Source: Psychrobacter cryohalolentis K5 (lineage in GTDB: Bacteria > Pseudomonadota > Gammaproteobacteria > Pseudomonadales > Moraxellaceae). Taken from it: 32,000 nucleotides of DNA. The translations under genes were made by a program, and so were the position numbers. The notes under the pieces are model-generated. The model was not told where the DNA came from, searched no databases, and was given only the letters and a program-made list of their open reading frames with translations. The stretch lies in NCBI RefSeq assembly GCF_000013905.1, contig NC_007969.1:840001-872000 (forward strand), given 5' to 3'. Below are positions 7,283-16,975 of the stretch, piece by piece (within the stretch, counting starts at the first letter, position 1; every line of letters starts with the position of its first letter).

Positions 7283-7798
7283 TTAGACATTTTTGCCGTG
7301 TTGCTTTTGCTGAATGTCTTTGGCTAAGTTATAGCATTCATTGATATGGTCAGTAGCAATCTTCTTAAAGATCATATAGCCCATAGTACCTGCGACCAGT
7401 TGACCACCAAGTGGGATAAATTTGGTCACTTGCTTAGCAGCGATACGACCACCAAAGCCTTGAACGGTCTTCTTAACGATACCACGGGTTGCCATTAAGC
7501 CTGCAAAGTCAACAGTACGATCTTTTAGCGCGCTCCAGTGAATAGCGCGTGACTCTAAGTCTACCGCTGCTTGGCGATCTTCGAGTAAACCAAAGCGCTC
7601 ACTGATTTCAGGTAAAAGCATCGTGAGCATGCTAGCGTCAATTGCCACATCAAAAAATGGTACCGGAACGATAGCAACACCAGCAGAGATTCTGGCGCGC
7701 TTTTTGACCATGGCGATACATTCTTTTTTGACTCGTTCAAGATTTAAGTTTGGATCAATCGTATTCGGTAGTTTTTCAGCTAAAGGGGTCGTTTTCAT
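7283..7798 (-). CDS. Hypothetical protein, DUF697-like (YcjF-type domain)
   Basis: 171-aa ORF. The segment ARISAGVAIVPVPFFDVAIDASMLTMLLPEISERFGL and the later G-rich hydrophobic stretch resemble DUF697 proteins. The assignment is from memory only. Confidence 0.55.
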   Translation of the reverse strand: MKTTPLAEKLPNTIDPNLNLERVKKECIAMVKKRARISAGVAIVPVPFFDVAIDASMLTMLLPEISERFGLLEDRQAAVDLESRAIHWSALKDRTVDFAGLMATRGIVKKTVQGFGGRIAAKQVTKFIPLGGQLVAGTMGYMIFKKIATDHINECYNLAKDIQQKQHGKNV

Positions 7799-8164
7799 GA
7801 AATATCCTTAAAATAGGTAAAAATAGCAATTAAAAGAAAAAATAAAACATCAAACATAGAATAAATAAAAAGCAACTGCAGTGTTTATAAGATGCCTACC
7901 ATTTTATGTATTTATAAACGCCATACAATCGCTGCTTTGTAGCAAAATGCTGAAAAATAGGGGTAATCTGCACCGTTTTTGTAAATGAAGCCATACGCTA
8001 AAAATATAAGTTTAGAAATAAATACATTGTCTAGGTGCGCTAAAATTATTCTATAAGTTACGTGATGATGGATGTATAAGCAATCTCTAACCTTGCACCG
8101 ACATGCCAAAAATTACCTCTAAATTAATATTGTGAGCACTTACTAAAGCCAGTAGAATAGCTTC

Positions 8165-9991
8165 ATGCTAAATTTAACTCCCCGTTATACCAGCACTCGC
8201 ATTGACGAGTTGCCCGCCGCGTTGCAACCACTTGCCGCCCAATCACTGACGCTTGCTCGCCTATATGCCGCTCGCGGTATTATGCAGCCAGATGAGCTTG
8301 AGATTCAGCTGGCTGGGTTGCTGCCTGCTGAGAAGCTAAAAGGTATCATTGAAGCGGTAGATCTATTAGATATCGCTATTGATGACGGTCAGCGTATTCT
8401 GATCGTTGGTGACTTTGACTGTGATGGAGCAACCAGTACGGCGTTAATGATGCGCGCCCTGACTGCCATGGGTGCCAAGGTTGATTTTCTAGTCCCTGAC
8501 CGTTTTAAATACGGTTATGGGTTGACGCCAGAGATTGTCGAATTGGGTATTAAAACTTATCAACCGCAAATGATTGTCACGGTAGATAATGGTATCTCAA
8601 GCCATGAAGGAGTGGCGCGCGCGCAGGCTGATGGCATTACTGTCATTATCACTGACCATCATCTGACCACCAAAGAGACACCGCCTGCTGAAGCGGTAGT
8701 CAATCCCAATCAGCTTGATTGCACTTTTGCTAGTAAAGCTTTGGTAGGTGTTGGGGTAGCGTTTTACGTGCTCGGACGACTGGCAAAGCTGCGCCGCGAT
8801 GCTGGCAAATCTACCGTACAAGTCAGTCAATATTTGGATTTAGTGGCGCTTGGTACGATTGCTGATGTGGGCGTACTTGATAAAAACAATCGGATCTTGG
8901 TCCATCATGGCTTAGCGGCTATTCGTCAAGGACGTGGTTCTCTTGGCATACTAGCGTTACTCGAGCAAGCGGGTCGAGATCCCAAAAAACTACAGGCGCA
9001 AGATTTTGGTTTTGTCTTGGGTCCACGTATTAATGCGGCTGGGCGTATGGATAATATGCGCATCGGTATTGAGTGCTTGCTAGCAGATGATTGGGGAACG
9101 GCGCAGCGATTGGCACAAGAGCTTGAGCAGCTGAATCGTACGCGTCGCCAAGTAGAAGGTGAGATGCGTACGCAAGCGGATAATATTGTCCAAGCATTAG
9201 CTGCTACTAATATAAGTATTGAAGCGGATGTTGAAGAAAGCGATGATATTATCGTTCAGAATAGGCTTGAGAAGAAGAGCACTAATACCCGCAGTATTGT
9301 GTTATATCAAGATGACTGGCATCAAGGTGTTATCGGTATCGTCGCAGGACGTTTGAAAGAAAGCCATTATCTGCCGAGCATTGTCTTTGCGCCAGCGAAT
9401 ACTGAACGTACAGGTGCTGAAGATGCCATCAAAGGCTCAGCACGTTCTATTGCTGGCGTGCATATTCGTGATGCCATTGAACAAGTTGCCGAGAGCCATC
9501 CTGATTTAATCAGTCATTTTGGCGGTCATGCCATGGCAGCAGGACTGACGTTGAAAAGAGGTAACTTTGATGCCTTTGTGACAGCATTTAACACGGTACT
9601 GGCACAGATGGAGGATGAGGTATTCGCTGAGCAAAAATTCACCGATGGTGCTTTGCAAGCAAATGATTTTAGCTTATGGTTTGCTGAGCATCTTGCAGAG
9701 TCTAGTATTTGGGGACATGGGTTTGCGCCACCGATATTTGATGGGGTGTTTGAAGTGTTGAACTTTAAAGTGTTAAAGGATCAACACCTTAAACTGTCGC
9801 TACGTTATCCTGATGTAAAGTATCCGATTGAGGCGATTCAATTTAATTTTGATAGCAGTGCTTGGGATTACCGTGCTGAAAAAGTACATATATTGTTTGA
9901 GCTGGACATCAATGAATGGAATGGTAAACAAAGCTTGCAGTTAATGATAAAAGATTTGGCGCTGGTAAAAGAGACGGTCGAAGCGAACTAG
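8165..9991 (+). CDS. recJ: Single-stranded-DNA-specific exonuclease RecJ
   Basis: 608-aa ORF with DHH-family motifs (ILIVGDFDCDGATS, VDNGIS, ITDHH), GPRINAAGR and GGHAMAAG. Confidence 0.92.
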   Translation: MLNLTPRYTSTRIDELPAALQPLAAQSLTLARLYAARGIMQPDELEIQLAGLLPAEKLKGIIEAVDLLDIAIDDGQRILIVGDFDCDGATSTALMMRALTAMGAKVDFLVPDRFKYGYGLTPEIVELGIKTYQPQMIVTVDNGISSHEGVARAQADGITVIITDHHLTTKETPPAEAVVNPNQLDCTFASKALVGVGVAFYVLGRLAKLRRDAGKSTVQVSQYLDLVALGTIADVGVLDKNNRILVHHGLAAIRQGRGSLGILALLEQAGRDPKKLQAQDFGFVLGPRINAAGRMDNMRIGIECLLADDWGTAQRLAQELEQLNRTRRQVEGEMRTQADNIVQALAATNISIEADVEESDDIIVQNRLEKKSTNTRSIVLYQDDWHQGVIGIVAGRLKESHYLPSIVFAPANTERTGAEDAIKGSARSIAGVHIRDAIEQVAESHPDLISHFGGHAMAAGLTLKRGNFDAFVTAFNTVLAQMEDEVFAEQKFTDGALQANDFSLWFAEHLAESSIWGHGFAPPIFDGVFEVLNFKVLKDQHLKLSLRYPDVKYPIEAIQFNFDSSAWDYRAEKVHILFELDINEWNGKQSLQLMIKDLALVKETVEAN

Positions 9992-10053
9992 AGGCTTAAC
10001 GGTACAGATATTAACTGCGCTAATAGTTGCTAAGCGTCCATATTTCCAATGCT

Positions 10054-10716
10054 TTAATATTTCCATTCAATGGTCGGAAACTGCCAATCATAGCGAATAG
10101 CAAGCATGCGTAAGGTAAAAATCGTTGCCATTGCTGAGATATCAGCAATCCAAGCAGTCACGCCAATATGGTGTAGCGCAAAGTAAAGGATACCACCTGT
10201 TAAAGCGGCGGTAATATAAATCTCTTGCTGTAGCACCAGCGGAATTTCATTGCAGATCATATCGCGGATGATACCGCCGACAATAATCGTAATAACCCCG
10301 AGTAATAGTGCCACCGGCATATTTGCGCCCATACTATCAGCCACCTTGATACCGATTAAGGTGAAGGCTGACAGACCAATAGTGTCAGAGAGTTTAAGAA
10401 ATGTGTCAACACGTCTAGAATTGGGGTGAAAGAATATCTGCATCACCAGTGAAGAGATGGTAATAACTGTCAAATAGCTCATATCTACCATCCAAAACAG
10501 TGGGTGACGATCTAAAATCACATCACGCACCGTACCCCCTCCGATAGCCGTCACAATCGATACCAGCAAGCAGCCGAACACGTCGAAATTTTTATGCTTA
10601 GCTAATATCGTCCCTGAAATACTACAAGCGACAATACCAATCATATCGAACAAATAAATCAGTGAGCGCGGGTTAAAAGTAGTAATCAAATCCGAATCTA
10701 AGGCAATAATGGGCAT
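10054..10716 (-). CDS. TRIC / UPF0126 (YadS/YicG-type) cation-channel family membrane protein, paralog 2
   Basis: 220-aa, 7-TM-like ORF with two glycine motifs, GGGTVRD and VGGIIRD. Confidence 0.8.
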   Translation of the reverse strand: MPIIALDSDLITTFNPRSLIYLFDMIGIVACSISGTILAKHKNFDVFGCLLVSIVTAIGGGTVRDVILDRHPLFWMVDMSYLTVITISSLVMQIFFHPNSRRVDTFLKLSDTIGLSAFTLIGIKVADSMGANMPVALLLGVITIIVGGIIRDMICNEIPLVLQQEIYITAALTGGILYFALHHIGVTAWIADISAMATIFTLRMLAIRYDWQFPTIEWKY

Positions 10717-10790
10717 GAGTTATTCTCATTAAGGCACTGAGATTACAGTGCTGCTAGTTTCTTCGCTCATCGTAAAAACTGGCTAATCCG

Positions 10791-11426
10791 TTAATCGATC
10801 AAACGAATGGAAGGCAAGTGCCAATCGAATTTCAATGCCAGCATACGTATGGCAAAGATGATAAATAGCATTATAAATTCGTTTATTGTCGCGTCTAGCC
10901 CCCAGTAGTCGAGCACCAAATACGTCAATGAGCCTGCAATACTGGCAGTGATATAAATCTCACGCTGTAGTACGAGCGGAATCTCATTACAAATGATATC
11001 ACGCAATAAACCACCAATAATGGCTGTCCAAACCCCCATCATAATAGCAATCATTGGCGCTATGTCTTGCGTCAATCCCACTTTAAAGCCAATCACACTG
11101 AAGGCTGCTAGACCAATAGCATCAAAGAACTTAAGCGCGTTATCAATTTTATGATACAGATGAAAAAACATTTGCAAGATAAGAGAGGTGGCAGTAATCA
11201 CAATGACGTAATTGAGATCTGTCATCCAAAATAAGGGGTGGCGATCAAGTGCCATATCCCGTAGTGTACCACCGCCGATAGCATTGACCAGTGCAACTAA
11301 TATGCAGCCTGCAATATCAAAACCTTTGTGCTGCGCGAGCAATGTGCCAGCGATAGCACAGGCGATGATCCCAACCATATCCAACATATACAGCAGGATA
11401 TCGGGGAAAATAAAGTTATTTATCAT
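10791..11426 (-). CDS. TRIC / UPF0126 (YadS/YicG-type) cation-channel family membrane protein, paralog 1
   Basis: 211-aa ORF with GGGTLRD and IGGLLRD motifs. It is colinear with the neighbouring paralog. Confidence 0.8.
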   Translation of the reverse strand: MINNFIFPDILLYMLDMVGIIACAIAGTLLAQHKGFDIAGCILVALVNAIGGGTLRDMALDRHPLFWMTDLNYVIVITATSLILQMFFHLYHKIDNALKFFDAIGLAAFSVIGFKVGLTQDIAPMIAIMMGVWTAIIGGLLRDIICNEIPLVLQREIYITASIAGSLTYLVLDYWGLDATINEFIMLFIIFAIRMLALKFDWHLPSIRLID

Positions 11427-11441
11427 CGCTATATTTGAGCC

Positions 11442-12590
11442 TTAACCATCTTTGGCAAATAATATCAGTCCCAGAATGATGAGCGCAATACCCACCAAGC
11501 CCAGTGTAGAAGGAAGGGCATTATTCAGTAATAACATGCCACCAATTAAAGCAAATATCACTTCACTAGCTTGGGTAGAATCTACGCCTGCCACCTCACT
11601 CGATGTCACCGCTTGCTCACGGGCATATAAAAATATACTCGTCGCCGCCACACCTGCGAGTACTGCTACCAGTAACGTATTAAAAACCTGTGTGAACGCC
11701 GGTTGCTCAGGACGTATTATTAAGCCTAATAGTAACCAAAACGGCAAACTACCGAGGGTCATTAACCAGACTTTATTAAAGGCATTTTGTAATAAGGTTG
11801 TTTCAATCGCAGGAATGCGCGCAATGAGATTTTGCAAGCGTGATGCAGCTTGTCTATCGATAGGTAGGATAGGGGCTTCGGTAATGATGCGTTGGGTATG
11901 AGTGTCAATGTTATCATCAGTGTCATTTGGCTGAAGATTATCACGAGCCTGTTGCTGCTCAGCACTGTGTTTGCGCGAATTATGAGACACTTGCCACACC
12001 AGCTGATTGCCAATCGGATAACTGAATGCTGCAATCAGTGCAGGCAGCGCGCCATATAGCAGCATATCAGCCATAGGTACGGTATCAGCGAGAGTGGATG
12101 CATGTAAGCCTTCACTGATATTGACCATCACTACGCCGATAAAGACCAATAAAGCATAAATGATAAATTTCTTATCAAATCTTTGCCCAAATGCCACCAA
12201 TACCAATAAACTTGTCACCACCGTAAACATAAAGGTTGCTGCAACCACCCAGCCTGCAACGTGGTCGCCAGCATAACAAATGCCAGTATAGAACACACCA
12301 AAGCCGATACTGCCGGTAATACACCAAAATCGCCAATGCTGAAAGAAGATAGCACTTAATTCTCTAATACGTCCAAAACCATGCTGCATCGCAATCAGGA
12401 CAGTAATGATGAGCCACATAAATAAATAGCGTAGGCTTGCTGACCAAAACCAGTGCCCACCAGCACTGCTCATCATCTCATTTAATATAAAAGTGGAGCT
12501 AAAAAACGCGCCCGCTAATAAGCCCAATAAAATGAGTTTGACCATAGCTGTCCCTTTCTTCCTTGGCTTGCTATTTATTTGAGAATCCAT
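11442..12590 (-). CDS. Polytopic inner-membrane protein, DMT/EamA-like putative efflux transporter family
   Basis: 382-aa ORF with about 10 hydrophobic segments and a hydrophilic insert of about 70 aa in the middle (SHNSRKHSAEQQQARDNLQPNDTDDNIDTH...). An alternative start at ATG 12545 (MVKLILLG) has a better AAGGGA ribosome-binding site. Confidence 0.55.
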   Translation of the reverse strand: MDSQINSKPRKKGTAMVKLILLGLLAGAFFSSTFILNEMMSSAGGHWFWSASLRYLFMWLIITVLIAMQHGFGRIRELSAIFFQHWRFWCITGSIGFGVFYTGICYAGDHVAGWVVAATFMFTVVTSLLVLVAFGQRFDKKFIIYALLVFIGVVMVNISEGLHASTLADTVPMADMLLYGALPALIAAFSYPIGNQLVWQVSHNSRKHSAEQQQARDNLQPNDTDDNIDTHTQRIITEAPILPIDRQAASRLQNLIARIPAIETTLLQNAFNKVWLMTLGSLPFWLLLGLIIRPEQPAFTQVFNTLLVAVLAGVAATSIFLYAREQAVTSSEVAGVDSTQASEVIFALIGGMLLLNNALPSTLGLVGIALIILGLILFAKDG

Positions 12591-12604
12591 TCAGATTTTA
12601 GAGA

Positions 12605-13339
12605 CTATTTGCCCTTGGCATCCGCCCAAATAATCTTATGTAGTTGCAATTGAAAACGTACGGGTAGGGCGTCGGTTAACATCCATTCGGCAAGCTCACG
12701 TGCGAGTACTGGCACTTCTGGGCTATTATCGTTTGCCGTATCTTCATGTGCCACATTAAACATCGGTGAAAACCATACCGTACCGACCAAGTCATTTAGC
12801 TTATAGTCGATAAGCTTTGCTTTTGCCCAGTCATAATCGGTGCGATTCATGATGACAAATTTTATTTGGTCATGTTGAGTGAGGTAATCGAGGTTTGACC
12901 AAAGATTCTTATCAACTTCACCTGAGCTTGGGGTTTTTAAATCCATCACTTTGCTGACCGCTGGCGGGACATTTTCGACCGTCAGTGCCCCTGCCGTTTC
13001 AAGAGAAATCTCATAACCCTCATTGAGCAGACGCTTCATCAATTCAATAGCGTTAGGCTGGGCTAAAGGCTCACCACCGGTTAAGCAAATACGCTTACAA
13101 GGGAAGCTGGCAATAGTCGCCATAATAGTCTCAAGCGACTGACGTTCGCCGCCACTAAAGGCATATTCGGTATCGCAGTAAACGCAACGTAGCGGGCAGC
13201 CGGTCAAGCGTACAAATATCGTTGGTAAACCTGAATTCAGTGCCTCACCTTGCAAAGAATAAAAAATCTCCGTTAAACGTAACCCTGCTTCAGGGTCAGT
13301 GACAGGGATAGCAGCGGTGCGTAAAGATAACTCACTCAT
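12605..13339 (-). CDS. queE: 7-carboxy-7-deazaguanine synthase QueE (radical SAM, queuosine pathway)
   Basis: 244-aa ORF with EIFYSLQGEA, FVRLTGCPLRCVYCDT and LTGGEPL motifs. Confidence 0.88.
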   Translation of the reverse strand: MSELSLRTAAIPVTDPEAGLRLTEIFYSLQGEALNSGLPTIFVRLTGCPLRCVYCDTEYAFSGGERQSLETIMATIASFPCKRICLTGGEPLAQPNAIELMKRLLNEGYEISLETAGALTVENVPPAVSKVMDLKTPSSGEVDKNLWSNLDYLTQHDQIKFVIMNRTDYDWAKAKLIDYKLNDLVGTVWFSPMFNVAHEDTANDNSPEVPVLARELAEWMLTDALPVRFQLQLHKIIWADAKGK

Positions 13340-13490
13340 AATATTTCAAATACAGTTAAGGATTGATTGTGCCATCGAGCACATATCAAATAAAAAAGGT
13401 TTAAGAATCTGTTTAATGCTCGGAAGTTCAGCGCCCAGACAAGACAAAGATTATAACGTAAAGTCCTCTATTAAGCTGCTACCTAACAAT

Positions 13491-13530
13491 AAAAAAGATG
13501 CTGGAGCACAAAGCTTCAGCATCTTTTTTT
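13491..13530. terminator. Rho-independent, bidirectional-looking terminator downstream of dapD
   Basis: AAAAAAGATGCTG ... CAGCATCTTTTTTT forms a stem flanked by an A run and a T run, 45 nt past the dapD stop. Confidence 0.75.
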
Positions 13531-13574
13531 ATTCAGACTTTTTAATCAATAATTATATGAGTAGTAATACAAAT

Positions 13575-14396
13575 TTAAGCTAAACGTAATAACTCATTTA
13601 CGGATGTTTTAGCACGGGTTTGCGCATCGACTTTTTTCACGATGATAGCTGCATACAAACTATGCGTACCATCTTCAGAAGGCAAGCTACCTGGCACAAC
13701 AACTGAGCCTGCTGGTACGCGACCACGATGAATCTCGCCAGTTTCGCGATCATAAATACGAGTAGATTGACCGATATAGACGCCCATAGAGATCACTGCG
13801 CCTTCTTCTACGATAACGCCTTCAACGATTTCAGAGCGCGCACCGATAAAGCAGTTGTCTTCAATGATAGTCGGATTGGCTTGTAATGGCTCTAGAACAC
13901 CACCGATACCGACACCGCCTGATAGATGGACATTTTTACCGATTTGAGCACATGAACCAACGGTCGCCCAGGTATCTACCATAGCGCCTTGATCGACATA
14001 AGCACCGATATTAACATACGATGGCATCAATACGGCGCCTGGCGCGATATAAGAGCCTTTACGCGCAACGGCTGGCGGTACAACACGCACGCCAGCTTCT
14101 TTAAACTGCGCTTCTGTCCAATTTGCAAATTTGGTTGGTACCTTGTCATAAAACTGGACATGCTCGCCCGCTGCTTGAACGTAGTTGTCATTTAAGCGGA
14201 ACGATAGCAAGACAGCTTTTTTTGCCCACTGATTGACGACCCATTCGCCATCCTTTTTTTCTGCAACGCGCAAAGTGCCGTTATCTAGCTGCTCAAGTAC
14301 TTGATTGATGGCATCACGGACATCTTGTGGCATGGTTGCTGGGCTATACTCGTTGCGGTTCTCAAAAGCTTGTTCGATGGTTTGTTGTAATGACAT
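13575..14396 (-). CDS. dapD: 2,3,4,5-tetrahydropyridine-2,6-dicarboxylate N-succinyltransferase DapD
   Basis: It is near-colinear with E. coli DapD (for example [59 protein letters not shown]). I chose the start at ATG 14396 (MSLQQ), which has AGGA 7 nt upstream. The track ORF starts 2 codons earlier. Confidence 0.93.
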   Translation of the reverse strand: MSLQQTIEQAFENRNEYSPATMPQDVRDAINQVLEQLDNGTLRVAEKKDGEWVVNQWAKKAVLLSFRLNDNYVQAAGEHVQFYDKVPTKFANWTEAQFKEAGVRVVPPAVARKGSYIAPGAVLMPSYVNIGAYVDQGAMVDTWATVGSCAQIGKNVHLSGGVGIGGVLEPLQANPTIIEDNCFIGARSEIVEGVIVEEGAVISMGVYIGQSTRIYDRETGEIHRGRVPAGSVVVPGSLPSEDGTHSLYAAIIVKKVDAQTRAKTSVNELLRLA

Positions 14397-14506
14397 AAAC
14401 ATTCCTAGAATTGATGAAGGTAAATAAAAACTTGCCGTATTGTCGCTAATTTGGCGACTTTTAGCAAACGTGATAGACGATACTATAATTTCGGGATTTT
14501 ATGGGC

Positions 14507-15439
14507 TTAAGTATTGCTATTTATCCAGCCTAAGATGTCTTGGTAAACCTGCTCTTTATTCTGTTCATGGAGCGGCTCATGGCGCATGTGAGGGTAGAGC
14601 TGCACAGAGACATGATCAAAATGTTGTCTGTCTAGGCGATTGGCAATATTACGAATACCGCGACCCATATCACCGATTGGGTCATTTTCTCCGCTGATTA
14701 ATAACATTGGAAAATCTTTGGCAATCGTCATTGCCCAGTTTTTATGCAAGCCTGCATTCATCAGTGTAAAGAGGGTCATAAAGCCGTTATTGGTAAAATC
14801 AAAACCCGTCAATGGATCGGCTTCATAAGCTTCAACAGCGGCAGGATTTTCGCTTAACCAAGCAAACTTTGATGAAGAAATACGATTATTAAGCTTGCTA
14901 TTGAGTACTTTGTTCATCACGTTAGCAAATAAGGTATTTGGCTTTTTAGGCGCCGCTTTTGTCAATAACTTATTGATAGGCAATAATACTTTGATCAATG
15001 GATTGGCATCTGCTGTACCCATTAAAATAGCACCGGTAAAATTACGCGCATGGTGTTTAAGGACGTTACGGACGATAAACGAGCCCATAGAGTGACCCAT
15101 GACGAAATGTGGTACATTCGGATGACGCGCTTTTAAGCTGTCCGCCATGACGATGACATCTTTTAATAATGACTGCACAGGATGCTCTTCACCAAAAAAC
15201 CCCAAGTCTTTGGCTGATTTAACAGTTTTTCCATGACCAAGCTGGTCATAAGTGGCGACCGCAATACCGTGATCGGCTAAAAATTGCGCCACGTCTGCAT
15301 AACGCCCGCTGTGCTCTGCCATGCCGTGTACAATCAGCAAGGTTGCACTAATGACAGTATCACTATGGCTCGGCTCAAAAAAAGTATGATGCAGATAATG
15401 GGTATTGTCAGAGGAAGTTATTTGTTCATTATTACTCAT
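14507..15439 (-). CDS. Alpha/beta hydrolase (lysophospholipase / monoacylglycerol-lipase-like)
   Basis: 310-aa ORF with the HGMAEHSGRY oxyanion region and the GHSMGS nucleophile elbow. Confidence 0.8.
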   Translation of the reverse strand: MSNNEQITSSDNTHYLHHTFFEPSHSDTVISATLLIVHGMAEHSGRYADVAQFLADHGIAVATYDQLGHGKTVKSAKDLGFFGEEHPVQSLLKDVIVMADSLKARHPNVPHFVMGHSMGSFIVRNVLKHHARNFTGAILMGTADANPLIKVLLPINKLLTKAAPKKPNTLFANVMNKVLNSKLNNRISSSKFAWLSENPAAVEAYEADPLTGFDFTNNGFMTLFTLMNAGLHKNWAMTIAKDFPMLLISGENDPIGDMGRGIRNIANRLDRQHFDHVSVQLYPHMRHEPLHEQNKEQVYQDILGWINSNT

Positions 15440-15629
15440 AAAAATCCAGTCCTTGAATGGTTAAGGGTATGATGAGATAGATTATATATTTTTTAGGGCT
15501 TTATTATAGGGATAAGTTATTGCTACAACCAATCTAATTGCGAAATTTGGCAACATTAGTATGTTATTTGGTTTTTAGTCAGCGTTATGGTCTATTCATT
15601 TAAACGACAGCTACAAAAATATCGACCAT

Positions 15630-15657
15630 AAAAAAACCCCCATCAAAGTGATGAGGG
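15630..15657 (-). terminator. Rho-independent terminator downstream of tRNA-Asn
   Basis: The minus-strand RNA CCCUCAUC-ACUUU-GAUGGGGG forms an 8-bp stem with one G-U pair, followed by 7 U. Confidence 0.65.
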
Positions 15658-15714
15658 TCTTGGCAAATGCCATAATCGAATCAAATATGATTCAAAAAAT
15701 TTACTACTAAAATA

Positions 15715-15790
15715 TGGCTCTCCAACCTGGGCTCGAACCAGGGACACACGGATTAACAGTCCGTTGCTCTACCAACTGAGCTATTGGAGA
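15715..15790 (-). tRNA. tRNA-Asn (anticodon GTT), CCA encoded
   Basis: I folded the cloverleaf by hand. The acceptor stem is TCTCCAA/TTGGAGA, the D stem GCTC/GAGC and the anticodon stem ACGGA/TCCGT with loop CT-GTT-AA. The T arm is CCTGG-TTCGAGC-CCAGG, the discriminator is G, and the CCA end gives 76 nt. Confidence 0.93.
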
Positions 15791-15862
15791 ATAAGCGGTA
15801 AGTGTTTAATGACTTACTGCGAGCTTAGAAAGTCTCTAACGAGTTCTTACTAAGTGGGGCGT

Positions 15863-15890
15863 ATTCTAGCAAAGATAAAAAATACGTCAA
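15863..15890 (-). promoter_or_regulatory. Sigma70-type promoter for tRNA-Asn
   Basis: On the minus strand, TTGACG, a 16-nt spacer and TAGAAT are followed by the GC-rich discriminator ACGCCCC. This is typical of stable-RNA promoters. Confidence 0.5.
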
Positions 15891-16186
15891 GCTTTTTTTG
15901 CATGTTTTTATACATTAAAGATATTAACGGTAGCGCAAAGGGTGTTGTCGAGCCAATTTGCGTCATATCTTCGATATCACTCTGTTTGCGAAGTAACAAC
16001 AAATAAAGCAACTTGCTTATACTATAATTATTTAGATTTGATAAATAAAAGACTGTATTGGTTAATAAAATGATGCTAATGAAATTACATTGTTAATAGC
16101 TATAAAGCTGCTAAAGGCTTATCAGATAAAGATTTATCAAAGCCAAACCAAGAATAAGATAGCAAACGACGAAAAGGACATTTGCG

Positions 16187-16924
16187 ATGACAGACACTGC
16201 TAAGAAACAACATATTGTGATCACGGGTGCGACCTCTGGGATTGGTTATCAGCTGGCAAAAGACTATCTGCGAGAGGGACAGCATGTCTATGCCGTCGGT
16301 CGCGATGAGGAAGCCTTGTCTGAGCTAAAATCATTAGGAGCAGAAACTGTCGATTTAGATCTAATGGATCGAGATAAGGTGATTGCTGCTTTTGATAAAA
16401 TTAATGAGATTGATTTGGCGATTTGCGGCGCTGGCATGTGTGAGTATCTAGATATGCCAAACTTTGATAGCACGGCATTTATGAAAGTGCTGTCGGTGAA
16501 TATGGGTACGTTATCGCATGCCATTGAAGCAGTACTGCCAAAGCTGATTGCTTCAAAAGGACGCTTAGTTGGTATTGGCTCGGCGTCGGCTTACGTGCCT
16601 TTTGCTCGTGCAGAGGCTTATGGTAGCTCAAAAGCAGCTATTCACTATTTAATGAAAACTTTACAGATTAGCCTTGCACCGCAAGGTGTAGCAGTCAGCT
16701 TAGTAGTTCCCGGCTTTGTAGAGACGCCAATGACCAAACAAAACGATTTTCCGATGCCGTTTTTACAGACTACACAGCAGGCAAGTCAAGCGATTCGTGA
16801 CGGTATAAAAAGTGGCAATGACGTTATTGAATTTCCCAAAAAACTGACGTTACCATTAAAAGTATTAGGGACATTACCTGATATAGTTTGGCAACAGGTC
16901 AGTACAAAAATCAATAAAAAATAG
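16187..16924 (+). CDS. SDR-family NAD(P)-dependent oxidoreductase
   Basis: 245-aa ORF with TGATSGIG cofactor motif and the catalytic YGSSK (YxxxK). Confidence 0.85.
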   Translation: MTDTAKKQHIVITGATSGIGYQLAKDYLREGQHVYAVGRDEEALSELKSLGAETVDLDLMDRDKVIAAFDKINEIDLAICGAGMCEYLDMPNFDSTAFMKVLSVNMGTLSHAIEAVLPKLIASKGRLVGIGSASAYVPFARAEAYGSSKAAIHYLMKTLQISLAPQGVAVSLVVPGFVETPMTKQNDFPMPFLQTTQQASQAIRDGIKSGNDVIEFPKKLTLPLKVLGTLPDIVWQQVSTKINKK

Positions 16925-16975
16925 CCAGTTTTAGTATTTTTGAACACCTATAAAGAAAATAACTAGGAATATTTT

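Noticed and set aside
11452-11901. 149-aa plus-strand ORF, and similar long antisense ORFs at 182-478, 6689-6952, 14640-15095, 22554-22817 and 27624-27909
   Set aside because: Each lies entirely inside, and antisense to, a well-supported gene. They have low-complexity or unrecognisable products and no ribosome-binding sites. This is typical shadow-ORF behaviour.
13340-13490. Possible preQ1 riboswitch upstream of queE
   Set aside because: I could not find a preQ1-I/II-like hairpin plus A-rich tail in the minus-strand leader. Only an ordinary TATAAT-like promoter element is visible.
15440-16186. Genomic island or integrase-associated insertion at tRNA-Asn
   Set aside because: No integrase gene, phage gene or direct repeat of the tRNA 3' end is visible on either side. 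The flanking genes look like core metabolism.
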